A DNA stretch of 64,000 nt from the IMG/VR virus record IMGVR_UViG_3300032285_001531; one strand, given 5' to 3'. The position numbers were made by a program, and so were the translations under genes. The notes under the pieces were generated by a model. The model worked only from the letters and a program-made list of their open reading frames with translations. It did not search any database and had not been told where the DNA came from. The stretch comes from a virus. Its lineage: Duplodnaviria; Caudoviricetes. Shown here piece by piece: positions 37,801 through 53,100 of the stretch; within the stretch, counting starts at the first letter, position 1, and each line of letters starts with the position of its first letter.

Positions 37801-38176
37801 AGTAACATTTAAACCGTTATTTGGATCAAAAGCTGATCCAAAATTAAGAGCAACGGTAAAAGTAGTTCGTTCAAGTTTAACTACTGCAAGTGATAGTGAA
37901 ATACGTTCTGCAGTTATTACAGCAATGAATGATTATTTTAATATAGATAATTGGACATTCGGCGATACTTTTTATTTCAGTGAATTAAGTGCGTATCTTC
38001 ATTCTCAGTTAGGAGATTTGATTAGCTCTGCAATCTTAGTACCAAATGACCCAACATTAACATTTGGTGATTTGTATGAAATAAGAAGCGCACCTTATGA
38101 AATATTTGTTAATGGTGCACAACCAAACGACATATTAGTTATAGCAGCAATTACACCAAATGTATTACAAACTTAA
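34820..38176 (+). CDS. gp6: Baseplate wedge subunit, gp6-like (1,118 aa)
   Basis: SYDYETLR..DYLRTYYPE.FND, NTRENFIDTA..RDSV..LA and ESIADIKLKAP..Y.SQNRMVN.EDY (baseplate J-like). Confidence 0.9.
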   Translation: MATSSRQSTIFGVNDWKAIYKTYSQANFQSYDYETLRKSFVDYLRTYYPETFNDYIESSEFVALLDVIAFMGQSVSFRDDLNTRENFIDTAERRDSVIKLANLVNYNPKRNSSGQGYLKISSIATTENVSDINGFNLAGIPILWNDPANPNWQEQFNSILNAALISSQKVGRPGNSAFIGPIKTDEYSIKIPNTVSPTIPFTATVGGVAMNFECVNVTSINESYLYELPPKPEGKFNILYRNDKLGFGSPNNGFFLYFKQGSLVPYEFTLNQQISNQVVPIGEIQGVNETDTWLYKIDPVSNELTQWQQVDNLFANTYLRTENSRKSVFSVKSRFNDQVSYIFGDGVFSEIPVGTFRSYVRSSNALQYTIDPFEIQGTTLSFSYISRVNRVETLTITVELTSPVNNAQSRESIADIKLKAPVQYYSQNRMVNGEDYNNFPYSLYNSIIKTKALNRTSIGVSRNFDLLDPTGKYSSTTSFSDDGALYLKDNDEFYDFVLSESTGQTLRIISNNLLKILSDRNLYQYYVLTATRYYPTVASGDGVVSWHLTSYNGSTVTGYFEAYGLPISVSTYNSYNMKYVGTSSLVRFIAPSGYYFKNNRLVSGIPPSAANTYMWVNVLNVVEDGFNGGVGNLYNGLGPISLSKNVPNGAIVDCIIPMLQNTLPTSIFQNITDYLNNGQSFSLYYVNNLPVTINRWFVGAFDRTDAYVYFESLGDFRYRITNKAISYYFGSVKNTRFSFDSEKIIFDPLSGTIAYDSVTALKTNTAPNTTNSIGVDTLLNIVGQTIEADGYPDDYAIEVSSQDAANNELIDDPDFFDKITGYQYGDTNSSYFVFVETTNDINNLTAHNITEPNAVVYAYGSLSEIENVKYEYPVYQIFYAYLENKFYKIYPDATTDTIVYVNSIDNYIAYPGKQQIQFQYKHLSNNTTRIDPSTTNIIDLYIVTLGYYTNYTNWLKDLTGTVIEPTRPTVEELSQSYSKINDYKMLTDSVVLNSVTFKPLFGSKADPKLRATVKVVRSSLTTASDSEIRSAVITAMNDYFNIDNWTFGDTFYFSELSAYLHSQLGDLISSAILVPNDPTLTFGDLYEIRSAPYEIFVNGAQPNDILVIAAITPNVLQT

Positions 38177-38187
38177 TGGATTAAAAA

Positions 38188-41100
38188 ATGGTAACAAAAG
38201 TTAGAACATTAGATTTTCTTCCTGACATATTTAAAACAGTTCCGAATCAAGCCTTTTTAAGTGCTACTTTGGATCAACTTGTCCAACAACCTGACACGCA
38301 AAAAATTCAAGGTTATATTGGAAGAAAATTTGAATATGGCATAACTCCTAGTAGTTATTATGTAACTGAGCCAAATAAAACACGTTCAAATTATCAATTA
38401 GAACCTGCAATTATTTTTACACAAAAAGATACTAGTAAAGCTACTGATTTTATTACCTATCCTGAAATCATTGACGCATTACGTGTTGAAGGCTCACCAG
38501 TAAATAACAATTCAAATTTATTTGCAAATGAATTTTATAGTTGGGATAGTTTCACAGACTTAGACAAGCTAACTAACTTTAGCCAATACTATTGGTTGCC
38601 TACTGGTCCTGATTCAGTTGAAGTTAGACCAACAGCTATTCCTGTTTCAAGTGTATATACACTAACATCATATATCCATTATTATCAATTTACTAAAGAT
38701 AATGAATTAATACCAGAAATAAACCCCACAATTACGTTAGCCAGAGGCGGTGAATACTATTTTGGTGTTGATCAAAAGACAGATTTTTATATACAAACTA
38801 TGCCCGGAATAAACGGCATAGACCCTCAACGTAACAACGTAAGCACACGTGAAGTATTTGGTGTTTCTAATAATGGTCAATCTAAGGGTGTTGTAACTTT
38901 TAAAGTCCCTTATGCAAATGCTCAATCGGGTGATGTTTATGAAGGATTAGTTAAAGTAGATTTAGTAACTACCCTTGCATTCAATGATATTGATGGTAGA
39001 CGTTTAAGTGAGATAGGCACCATTGACGGTGTTAATCAACTATTAGATAGAACATTAATGTTCTATGGCGATAAAAATAGCAAGTATGTTAATGTTGATA
39101 GTTTTTATGATTTTACTTCATACGACCAATCTCAACCAGTAGAGGTTGGGTTTGATCAGACTATCCCACTACAGCTTAATGATTTCTTTTACAGAATAGT
39201 ATATGAAAGTTTAGACATACCCAATGATCCTATTATAAGATTGGAAAGCGCAGGTACTATTCCAATTAATACTAATATTCAGGTATTAATCGGTAAAGAT
39301 TATTCAAACAAAAAGTTTGTTAAAAATGTATACGGTGAGATAGCACTTATCCCTCAGATTACTGCACCGTTGGATACATTATATTATCAGGATTCAGTTG
39401 ACCCTTTACGATTTGGTGTAATTAAATTAATAGATTTAGAGACAGATAATTATCTTAATATAGAAAATGAAATTTTAGGCAAAATTGGATATACATCACC
39501 TAACAATGTTAAATTTACAAATGGATTAAAAGTTAACTTTGCGGGTAATGTAATTCCGGCTTCGTTCAAAGGTAAAGATTATTATGTTGATGGTGTAGGA
39601 TCAAAAATAGTTTTACTTCCTGTAAATGAGTTTGTAGTACCTGAACCATTTAGTACAGGAATCTATACTGCATATGATGCAGCACCATATGATCTTACTG
39701 TATATTCAGATATATTAGAAACACCTACGATTCCCGATTATATTACTATAAGCAGAAATAGTCGTAGCAGAAATCCATGGACAAGAAGTAATCGTTGGTT
39801 TCATAAAGATGTAATACAAGAGACCATTAATCATACTAGTAGTTCTGTTTTATTGAGCATTATAAACAATGAAACTAATAGAGCAAAACGCCCTATTATA
39901 GAATTTTATCCCAACATTAAATTATATAATTCAGGTACAGATAGCAAACAACCAATTGATTTCATAGATTTTGTAGAAACTAATGGCTTAGCAAATGTTG
40001 CAGGACGTGAACTTGTTGTTACCACTGGTATTAACGGTGGTACTAATGCTATTCAAGTAAATGATACATCTACTATGACTGCAGGTCAGGCAATAAGTTT
40101 TACCGGAGACATGTTCACATCATTAGGTGTAGTCACAGTTGATGCAAATGTAATATATTATGTTAAAGAAATTCTCTCAGGAACTGATTTTACTATTAGC
40201 GAAACCTTAGGAGGACCGGTATTTGACGTTGCAACATCTATTACTCCAGTAACAATCATTCCTTACTGCGTAGATGGTAAGGCAGTATTTGACGGTGCAA
40301 AAGTAGTATTTGCAGTTGATAGTAATATTGATGCTAGAGATAAAATTTATATAGTTAAATTTGTTACCCTACATGGTGGAACAAGATATTATATAACACT
40401 TACTAAAGCTCCAGACGGAGATGTGCAATACAATGATCAAACTGTAGTTTTATTTGGTAACACAGCTAAAGGTAAAAGTTTTTACTATGATGGATCCAAT
40501 TGGATAGAGGCACAATCAAAAACATTAGTTAATCAACCACCGTTGTTTGATGTGTATGATAAGAACGGTACTAGTTTTGGTGATCAGACTTATTATAATA
40601 GTAGCGATTTTACAGGTATTACTTTATTTCAATATGCAGTTGGTACAGGTAATGATGATCCTGTATTGGGCTTTCCGTTAAAATATAGTTCAGTTAATAA
40701 TGTAGGAGATATATCATTTGAGGTAAGTCTAAATACACAATCATTTCATTATGTACTAAATGGCTTGCCTGTAACAGAAGCAGTTAATGAAGGATATCCT
40801 ATCATATACAGTGATAGATCCACTTATGAAAATCAATTAGGTTGGCAAACTGCGGCTAGTCCAAGCTTTCAATATCAAGCATTTGAATTTACTTATTATC
40901 CAGCAAACAACAACACTTTCTTTGTATGTGATGTTCCGGTAAAACCTGTTAATGAAACTGCATGGCCAGTAATTCGTGTTACTATGGGTGAAACAGTATT
41001 AGATAGCACGATGTACACCTATACAGTAACAGGCAGTACAACTACAGTAACATTTGCATCAACACCTTTGGTGGAAATCCCTGTACAAATATTAATTTAC

Positions 41101-44100
41101 AGTGATAAAGTAAGTGCAACTGCATACTATGTAATTCCTACTAACCTTGAAAATAATATATTCAATAATGAAGTATCAACTTTAAATTTAGGTGATATCA
41201 GAAATCATTTTCAAACTATATTTTTAAACAGTGAAAAATTAACTGGTAGTGCATTTGGAGCAAACAATTACAGAGATGTTCCTAACTTATTGCGTTATGG
41301 TACAAAGATCATTCAAAACAGTGCGCCATTAACTATTGCAGGTGCATTATTAAGAAACAAAAGTTTTAGTCTACTAGAATCATTGTCATTTAATTCTAAT
41401 GAATATGTAAAATTTAAATCATTATTAATTGATACTATTAATAAAACAGACTATACAGTATACCAATCAGATGCATCTATATTAGATGATGCATTGAGCC
41501 AAATTTCTTCATACAAAACAGATGTCAATGCATTCTTTTGGTCAGACATGTTACCAAGCAGAAGCTCATATATTTCAAACACATATAAGTTTTCTACCTT
41601 TGTAGATACTACTAATTTTCAATTAAGTAGAATTTATGATTTTTCTTCTGCGAATTATTATGGTGTTTTGATTTATTTAAGTAGAACAGTTGATGGTGTG
41701 CCTAGAACAATTCAACTAGTTAAAGATATAGATTATCAAATCAGTAGTACAGAAGCGCAAGTAACTATATTCACCGATTTAATTCCTAATGATTTAATTA
41801 TTATTAATGAATATAATCAGACTTATGGAAGCTTTGTACCAAACACTCCTAGTAAATTAGGATTCTATCCTATATCTGTTCCTGAAGTCGTATACGATGA
41901 AACCTACATTTCTCCTGCTTATTTCATAAAAGGACATGACGGGTCATATACTAAATTATACGGTGATTATATTGATGGATATTTAGTTGATTTTAGAGAT
42001 AGAGCCTTATATGAATTTGAATTAAGAGTTTATAATAATATTAAAGTAAAAGCAAAGATTCCTGTTACTGCAGATGAAGTTATACCTGGACAATTTAGAA
42101 CTACTAATTTCACATATGATGAAATTTTAGGATTATATTCTACCTATTTCTTAAATTGGATTGGTAAAAATAGAATTGATTATAAATCACAGTATTATTC
42201 TATGAATAATCCCTATACTTATAACTATAATCAATCAGCCAACAAATTAGATAATACTCAAATAAATCAGGGCAACTGGCGTGGAATGTATAATTGGTTC
42301 TTTGATACTACAACCCCTAATTTAACACCTTGGGAAATGATTGGTCATGCAAACAAACCAAGTTGGTGGGATGCAAGGTATGGTGCGTCACCATACACTA
42401 GTGACAATATGTTGCTATGGCAAGATATGGAAGCAGGCATTGACTACAATAATGGTAGTCCGTTTGTTAATCCTGCACGTGTAAGACCAGGACTATCAAA
42501 AGTATTACCAGTAGATAGCATGGGTAATCTAGTAGATCCTATGAACAGTGTTGTTGGTAATTATGATAATTTAACCTTCAATCGTGATTGGAGAGTAGGT
42601 GATTGGGGTCCAGCAGAATACAGTTACATTAAGAGTAGCACATATCCATTTGACTTAATTAAATTATTAGCATTATGCAAACCTGCAAAGTTTTTTGCGT
42701 TAGGTGAAGACTTAGACCATTACAAATTTAATACAGAGTTTAATCAATATCTGTATGATAATAGATTTAGATTCTCTACAGTTAATGCTGTAAAATATGG
42801 TAGTGGAGTAGCGCAACATAGTTACTTAGACTGGGTTGTTGATTATATTCAAAGTTCAGGTAATACTGGATATGACGTATTAACCAACATCTTAACTAAT
42901 TTAGATGTTAGACTTGTTTATAGAATGGCAGGCTTTAGTGATAAAGACTTGTTAAAATTTTATGTAGACAAAGGAACACCTAATAGCAAGAATAATTCAT
43001 TGTTGATTCCTGATGAAAGTTACTCAGTAATATTGCACGAGAATCAACCATTCGACACAGTAACATATAGCTCAGTTATCGTACAAAAAACTGACACTGG
43101 TTATAAGGTGTTTGGTAATTCTCAAAATAAAATTTATTTCACTACATATACTCCGTTACTTAATGGCAAGTATGACAAATTAACTGTAGGCGGGGAAACA
43201 GTTACAGTTACAAAAGACTATATTAAAAAAGAATTAATAATTCCGTATAACACAGAATTTCCTACAATACAAGCACTATCAGAATTTTTATCTAACTATG
43301 GAAAATACTTAACAGATCATGGATTTGTCTTTGATGTTATTGATAGAGGCATTTTAGTAGACTGGAATTCAATGATTAAGGAAGTATTGTACTGGACCCA
43401 ATCAGGTTGGGAAGTTGGCGCAATTATAAATCTTAATCCTGCAGCTAAACGTATTGTTATCAATAAAGAAAGCAGTATTGTTCAACCACTAACACTACAA
43501 GATCAAAATTATATTTTGAATCAGGATTTGATCCCTATTCAAATAAAAGATATGAACGTAAACAGAAACGGTACAGAGTTTTCTGCTGACATATTAAACG
43601 AAAATGACACAGCATCCTACTTCATTGCTAATTTAAGTAATATTGAACATGCAATCGTTTTTGATAACACAACATTATTCAATGATTTGATTTATGATCC
43701 TAACACCGGACTACGTCAATATAGAATATTAGTTAAGGGTGTAAAAACTGCTGAGTGGACAGGTACAATGGACACTAAAGGATTCATTCTTAATCAAGAC
43801 AATATACAAGAATGGCAAGCCAATAGTAGATATTCTAAGGGCGTTATCATTAAGTACAAAAATGTATATTGGGCTGCTGATGATATAATTCAACCAGCAT
43901 CTACATTCCAACAAGCATTGTGGAAACGTGTAGATTATGAAAAAATTCAAAAAGGGTTATTGCCTAATGCAAGCAGTAGAGCATATGAAAGTACATTATA
44001 CTATGATTCAAACTCTGCAAACTTAGAAAGTGATGCAGATTTATTGGGCTTCTCTATAATTGGATACAGACCAAGAAACTATCTAGCTGCTGCTAACTTA

Positions 44101-47100
44101 GATGATATATCACAAGTCAACCTGTATAAGACAATGGTTGTTGAAAAAGGTAGCAAGAATGCTGTTTCAGCAATTCAAAACATAACCCTACAAACAGGTG
44201 GAATACAATACGAAACATATGAAAATTGGGCTATTAATGTGGGTCAATATGGTGGTATACTCAATCAAAACTTCATTGAGTTTACATTAAATCAAAATCA
44301 ACTAAGTGGTAATCCGGCTATAATTGGTATTACTAAAGACACTGAAGTACCAGGAGCTACACAAATAGTTCCATTGAATGCATTAACAAATTACGGCAGA
44401 AGTATCACTGATGCAAACATTCTACCTTTATTAGATCCTGCAACAACTAATAAATTGCCTAGTGCAGGCTATGTCAATTTTAATGATGTTAGAATGTATT
44501 CCTATACTTACTTAGGATTAAACAATACTACACTACCAGTTGACCAACTTAATAAAAATGAATATATTTGGGTAGCTGATTATAAAAATGAATGGCAGGT
44601 TTACACACCTGAAGCAATAACATTTGCCGGTAGTCCGTCACAAGTTATTAATATTACTAACAATTTAAATTCTACTGCTACAGTAACATTTGATAATCCG
44701 CATGGTTTAGTAAAAGATGATTTATTCATAATTCAAAACTATAGTGATTTACTAGATGGATTCTACATAGTTAATCAAGTTGGTAGTATAACAACAGTAG
44801 TGGTAGATATATCACTTAGTGCTACTGCGCAAACTTCCACCCAAAGTGTTGGTTTAGCGGCTAAAATGATTAGCGCAAGAATAACAGAAAGCAATGATAT
44901 AATTAACACTGATTTCTTAAATTCTGAATTTGTAACAAGTAAATTATGGGTAGATCAAGCAGTAAACGGTGGCTGGGCAGTTTATAAGAAAACATTAAAC
45001 TACCAAAGAACTAATTTTGTTGATAAGCCAGAAGTTACTGTTTCATTTGGTTCAGCAGTTGCATACGATACTAAATTGGGTTATTTTATTTCTGATGCTG
45101 ATGACGGTAAGTTATACAGATACACATATTCTGTTGTGTCGCAGGATTATAGTTTAGTAGATACAATTTCTGTTTCAACTGGTTATGGTTCAGCTATTGC
45201 TCATTCAAATGATATGATGGCTGTAACTTTGCCGGGCTCAACTAGTTACGTGTACATTTATTCATTAGAGCAAACCAAAAACATTGAAGCGGTGGTACAA
45301 CAACAAATAATTACAATTACAGGCAAAATTGCAGGTTACAAGATAGCAATGTCCGGTGATAAGAAATATCTATTTGTTCCGGCAACTAATAATGCGCAAG
45401 TATTAGTTTATAGATTAGACAATAATTACACATACACTAGCACAGGATATGCAACTAATGCCAATATAGCTATCGGAGATCAAACATTCACCATCGCAGG
45501 AAATCATACTGCTATCTATAACGAAGGTGACAAGGTTACTTTTGCAAATACAAACGGAACAACTGTTTACAAATTCATTAAAGCATATTATGATTCTGCA
45601 AACTCACAAACAGTCTATTCTATTGAAGGAAACTTCTCGGAGAATATTTCTTCAGGAACAACCGCATATAAAGCAACATACCGCTATACTAGTGTAGGAA
45701 CAGTTTCTGTGGGAGGATTGGGTTCGTCTGACAACTTTGGTTACAGTTTATCAACAAATTATGACGGTACTAAATTATTTGTAGGTGCACCAAATCAAGA
45801 TTATAGTTTTAATTACACAGATGAAGGATATGCCTACATATTTAATCGTGTAGTTCAGAATTTTTATCAATCATATGCTAGTTTAACAGATGCATCCACT
45901 ACATATACATTAGCATATGCAGCTACAAACACACCAGTTGTTCTTCTAAATGAAGAAGTAGTTGATCCAACAAATTATACTGTTTATACCAGCGCAATCG
46001 ACACATATGGCTCGTTAGTTGCTGGATCAGGGTATACTAACGGACAATACTCAATTGCACTAACTAATCTAACAGGTAGTGGCACAGGAGCAGTTGCTCA
46101 AATTACAGTAAGTGGTGGTGCAGTTACTAATCTTTGGTTAAGAAATAGAGGATCAGGATATGCAATCGGTAATGAATTGACTGCTGCTTTACCTGCAGGA
46201 TCAAGCTTCAAAATTACTGTTACTGCAATCAAAAATCTACTAACATTAAACGTTCCTGTTAATGCGGGTGACATTGTAACATTCAGTTCAGGTGACTTTA
46301 TTCAATCACAGACCTTAGTTGGACATGACATTATTGCTAATCCAAAAGTAGGTGTATTATTTGGTCGTAGCATGAGTAATAATACAAGCGGTAATGAATT
46401 AATTATTGGTGCTCCATATGATGTAACTAACACAGGTATTGAGGGTAGTGTGTATCGTTTCACAAATGAAGCGCAGAAATACGGAATGATTAAGGGTACA
46501 ACTACAGTTACGTTAGCATCACCTACATCAATATTGATTAACGGTTACGCAGTAACATTGCCAGTAGGAATTGATAATATAATCAGTACTATCAACAATG
46601 CAATATTACCTAATATTCAAGCAAGTAAAACAACTGACAACAAATTAATTATTAGCTTAATTGATGCTACCTTAAGTCCATCTAACAACAAATTGAACAT
46701 AACAGTATTTGATTCGGCTGTATATGGGTATTTAGGTTTCAATTTATATACAAAAACACAAGTTTTACACGATATTAATCAACAAAATGCAACTCAGTTT
46801 GGTTATGAATTAAAGTTCAACGAATATAATTCATTTGTTGTAAGTTCATTGGTGGGTACACGTTATAGCTTAACATCATTTGACTTTACTGATGACGGTA
46901 ATTATACAAATGATACTATATTTGATAATAATTTTACTATGTTTGTGGACACATTACCAAATGCAGGTTGTGCCTATATGTATGATTACATTCCTACTTA
47001 TAACGAGAATATAGACAGTGTTGGGCAATTTGTACTAGCACAGACAGTGAATGATGTTATTACTGACATAGGTAATACTGAATACTACGGGGAAACAATT

Positions 47101-50100
47101 GCGTTCAATAACTATGTGGTAATGATTGGCTCACCTAACTTCAAGCCTGGTACAGATGATGGTAGAGTTAATATATTCTACAATCAAGCCAATGAGCAAG
47201 ATTGGGCAATATATAGAAGTGCAGGTAGTGTGGTTGATGTAAACAAACTACAAAACATACAGATATTCAATAATAGAGATAGTAGTATGTTGTCTACGCT
47301 AGATTATATTGATCCGTTACAAGGTAAATTATTTGGTGTTGTACGTGAGAATTTAGATTTTATTAGCGACAATGATCCTGCAGGATACAATACTTCTACA
47401 GTAAACAATAAAGTAGTATGGGGAAGTGACTATGTTGGCTCAATGTGGTTAGATACGTCTGCGATTAGATTTGTTGACTATCACCAACAAGATTTAGTAT
47501 ACAATAGTAGATATTGGGGAACAGTATTTCCTGGCAGTACAGTAGCAGTATACACTTGGACTGAGAATGATGTTCCTCCGATAACATTTACTTCTACCGG
47601 AACACCATATGAACTTGATTCATATACAATGTTATCTACTGTAACCAACACAGGTGCAGTACTCACCAAATATTATTATTGGGTTAGAAATACGGATACT
47701 GTTTATGCCGGAAACTCATTATCTGATAACGTGATTGAAAGTTATATTACTAATCCATTGGGTTCAGGAATTCCATTCTTTGCTGCATATGCACAAAATG
47801 AATTTGGATTATATAATTCAGCAGAATTTATTCAATCGACTGATTCAAGTTTACACATAGGATATAAGCAAGGTACAAATGATGATGTGCCGCATAATGA
47901 ATTTCAATTAATTAGAGATGGTTATGCTGATGATTTCTTACATGGCTTACCATCATTGTATAATCCTGTAATCGAACCAGAAGGACTATATCGCAAATTA
48001 TTAGATAGTTTATCAGGAACTGACGTTCGCGGTAATGAATTACCAGATCCATTTTTGCCTAAGTTATTACAGATTGGAACACAAGTTCGTCCTAGACAAA
48101 GTTTCTTTGTTGACAGATTAATGGCACTTCAAAACTATTGCATGTATGCAAATAGTGTAATGATTCAATTCCCTATAGTAGAAATGAAAAATCCTAGTTT
48201 TTCCGGATTATTTAAAGCAACCTCAGGTCAGAATGCACCTGCATTTTTTACAACCTATGGTGAGTTTTATGACACTGCAAACTATTGGGAATATGTCAAC
48301 TGGTGGGCAACCGGATACAGTGATGCTACTCGCACTGATGTAGAAGTTCCAAAATATTATGATTTGTCTACATTGGTTCCATTCACAAACATGGTAGCGG
48401 GGGTTATCAGTAATAGTGACGGAAAACGTGAAGTATACGTCTATAACGGTATTGAATGGGAACGTGTAGGATTACAGTTAGGTACAATTCAAATCAAAGA
48501 GTCACTATGGAATTACACTATAAACAAAATTGGCTTTGGTGACAATTTCTTTGATACAGATTTATATGATTATTTCCCTTCAGTTGAAACAGAAAATATT
48601 GTCAGAGGATTAACTGAAGAAGTATTTACTGGTGATATGGCTATATATCGTAACAGAAGTTTGATTTTATTGTTCGAATACATAATCACCGAAAGTCAAA
48701 ACTATGGTGGTTATTTAACATGGTTAAACAAAACATCATTCTTAGATGTGCAACATACACTACGTGAATTGGTGCAAAGTAAAAATTTCCAACGTGATAA
48801 TGATGATTTCTTGTATGGCTATATTAATGAGGTTAAACCATATCGTGTAGTATTAAAAGAATTCTCACTAAGATATACTAAGACAGAAGTGTATGACGGT
48901 GATATTTCTGATTTTGACTTACCCGCATCTTATAATGCAACATTAGATAGATTTATTTCCCCTCAATTAGTATTCACTGAAAATTATAAAACAGGTGAAT
49001 ACTTACCTTCAGATACTATTTGGCAAGATAACTTATATAATCAATGGTTTAATAATTACGGGGTTATTCTATCATCAATTCCAAACTATAATTTAGGAAC
49101 ATTGAAATATTTTATATCTGTTACTAGTAGGGAGATAGTAGTTGATAATGCATTTGGTTATCCTACAGTAGGTATACTGCAAATTGATGATGAGATAATA
49201 AGTTATACTGGTGTTGACAGAGATAGAGGTATACTATATGGAGTTATACGAGCAGAAAATAACACTGTAGCTGCAGTTCACTATCCGGGTACTAAGATAT
49301 ATACAGACTTGCCGGGTGCAGTTGTATTCTATACTGGTAGGGGATATACCGATGCGCCGGTGATTACTGCATACATTGACACAAATATTTACCCTGTACC
49401 AAATCAAAAAGCTGTATTAAAAGCAATCATGTCAGGTGATATAGTTGTAGGTGTTGAAATAGTAAATCCGGGCGCTGGATATGCGGTCACTCCTGATATT
49501 ATTGTAGAACCTTCAATTGTTTCTACATTTGGTTCTATTGACGTAAATTATATAAGCAACACTATATTAGTTTTATATGATAATTTTATAACAGGTGATT
49601 TAGTAAAATATACTGCAGGAACTTCAAGAATTTTAGGTTTGATAGACGGTGATTACTATTATGTTGGTCTAACCGAATATGTTGGTGTAACTAAACCTGC
49701 ACCAACAGGCGAAACTTCAGGATCATTAACTCCTATCGCATTATATACATCTAAGATTGATGCAATTAATGATAGTCACCGAGTAGTTATGATTCAAGCA
49801 GGTGAAAGCACTGACAATAAACTTAGTTTAGGTGCACGGATTATTCCTATATCTAGCAACAAGCCTACTAGACAACTAACCACAAAACTTAAATTCGATA
49901 GAACAAGTTATCGTCCGCAAGTTGTTGAATGGGAACCAAATGGTTTCTATGGTGCATTGTACGATACAAGAGGTAATGATGCAAGTTATGCTGCATTACT
50001 TTCTACATCAATTGATTATTATTCAGTCACTGGAGAAACTAGTGCAAGTGGACATGATGCTGTGTTCAACATATTTAATTGGGTGTACGGAGGAGGAAAT

Positions 50101-53100
50101 AATCCACCAACATTCGTGTCATCTGGAAATAACTATGGTGTTTACACAGGTGACGTAAACAGTGCCGGATTAGATTATGCACTCAGTGATACTATCATTA
50201 TATTGGGAACATCTTTAGGCGGTACTAGTCCAGCAAATGACTGTACTATTCTTGTAACTTCTGTAGGGGTAGACGGGTCAATATTAGGTATAGAGGTATC
50301 AGGTATACCACCAACAGTATATCAAGCTAGTTTACAGGGATCAACAGTTAAAATATTATCAGTAACAACTGAATCAGGAACAGGTGATACTCTGGTATCA
50401 TTAGACTATGCCAATAGCTCTTTATATCCAGCAGTTATTTCAGGAGCACAAGTATATTTTTATAAATCTACACATTTAACACCTTATGTTTATGATGATA
50501 CTATAAATGACGGGGCTGTGATTTGGATTTACAGTCCTAGATTATTTGGTTTATCAGTAAGTAATCAGTACTATATTGAAATCAAAGATGCAGGTATTAT
50601 TTACTCTACTGGAGATACTATTACTATTACCGGAGATTTATTGGGTGGAACTTCACCGGCTAATGATTTAATAATTACAATTACATATGCTGATCCTGGA
50701 ACAGGGGCAATAGTTTTTTATTCTTTAAATGGTGTTACTGTTGACTTGTATGAATTATATTTTGTCAAACCAATAAATTCTACTCAGGTTAAATTATACA
50801 CATCTTCTACATTATTATCACCGGTTATAGGATCAATTGATTTTACTACAAATGACGTTGTATTCTATCCTGAACCAATTGCAGGTAAACCTGGTTATAG
50901 TCAACCAATGATTTCGTTAGTTGCATACAATAATAAACTGTATCGTTGCATTGAAAGTAATACTGATACAGAGTTTGACTACGCTAAATGGGAATTATTA
51001 TACAGTGATGATCCTATGATTAATGCATTGGATAGAACATTAACATACTATCAGCCTACTGAAAGTATGCCAGGTAAAAACTTACCTTTATTAATGAGTG
51101 GGTTAGAATACCCAAATAGTACATATACTGGAAATAAGTTTGATCAGGCTATCACACTTGATGTTATACTAAATGACAAACCTTTCTATCCTAGCAATAT
51201 TGATGTTGCTGCAATTGTATGGGATGGAAATCAATTTGTAGCTGTTGGCAATACAACTAAGTATGTTATTCAAGAAGTTTTAAATGCTACCGCTTCTTTG
51301 AATGTAAACGTAGTATATGTAGAATTACCATACGCATATGACAGCATTAAAAAGGTTTCGGTATTTAATGCCACTAGAAATATAACGGTTAGCTCAGATA
51401 ACGTAGAATTAGTATTAACAGATACTTATCCTCAGTTAATATTTACTAATCAAGTATTAGAAGGTGACACATTAGTTATCACAACTTATTTTGGTGATAA
51501 TGAAGGTTACAGTATTGTTCTTCATAGCTCTAATGGAGTAGATTGGTCATTCAAAAAACTCAGTGATCAATTCTTAGATGTAAAAGATATTATATATTCA
51601 GGCTCGTTCTACGTGGTTGCAACAAACAATATCGATACTCCATTAATTATAAGTTATGATTCATATTCTTGGACTAGTGTTGGATCCTACACTGGTTATG
51701 ATATTTTTGAATATGACTCCGCAGGATTTGATACTGCTTCAGTTCAATCACCTAAGGATCAATTGAATAGTGTAGCATATTATAACAACCAGTATGTTTC
51801 TGTTGGTAAGAATATTCTATCAAGTATTAATGCCACTACATGGGATCAATCATTTAGTTTTGGATCAAGACTTACAAATACAATTAAATCTGTAAGCTAC
51901 ATAAACGGAACCTATCCAGCATTCAACGGATTTATTGCTGTTGGTTACGGTGATACTGTTACTGGAAATGAAAACACGCCTTACCCTAATATTGTACAAT
52001 ATACTAGAGTACTATTAAGCTATGATGGGATAAACTGGAACAATGTGTTCACTGGTCTACAATCTAAATGGTCGGTAGTATTTGGATCAGATACTACTAT
52101 CATAGCTGCTAGTGAAAATGGTGAAATATATTACAGTAACAATGGTTCTAACTGGGTACAAGCTACTATTAATGGAGCTCCGGTTACAGCTTCATTTAAT
52201 CATGGTATATTTGCAGCAAATAATTACATTCTTGTTGGTGATAAGGGCACAGTGGTATATAGTGCAGACGGTATAACTTGGACACAAGTTCCTTCAATAT
52301 CAAATAATAATTTACGTAAAATTTCATACAATGGCTTATATTCTAATGCTTCATATTTTATAGTAGTAGGTGATAAATCAACGATATTAAAGAGCGCCAA
52401 CTTACAAAATTGGGAAAATGAAACTTATATTAATACTGAGGATACTTTCTACGCTGTTAAAGGAGATCCTTTCTTATCAGGATATGGTCCGGAAGAATTA
52501 GTTCCTGGATTGATATATGATAATTTAAGTATGGTAGTAAGAAGCACACCTGGCTCATTATGGGATCCACTAGAATACAATAACTATGGTTTCTTTATGA
52601 AAGGAAAAACTGTAGTTTATGACGGTAATCAAGTAGTTGAGTTAGAGGACGGAACTACTCAATTCAGTTTTGCTGATTTAATGCTAAATCCTGCTCAAGT
52701 TGCAGTTTATACAATAGACGTTCAAAACTATGATCAGGCTACAAGAATATATGAAGTAAACTCTGTGGATAATCCTACTGCAGTAACAATCATAGAATCT
52801 ATCGACTGGGTTAATAAAACAGTAACTATTTCTTCTGGTTTTAACTACGGAGCATATAATATATATGTTGAAGTATATGGAGTAGGTGCAGGTAATCAAC
52901 AAGCCAAAGGTAGTTCAGATAGCGTACCTGTATATTATGATAGTAAGTTGGATGTAAGTTACATTGAAACTGATTACCCATATGATCCTAATGCATACTT
53001 AGTACCGTTAGTATATGTTAATGGAATTAAGAAAACATTTAATGTAGATTATGTGATAGTTCCTAGTTTCAATTCATCTATACAAATTCAATTTAATAGT

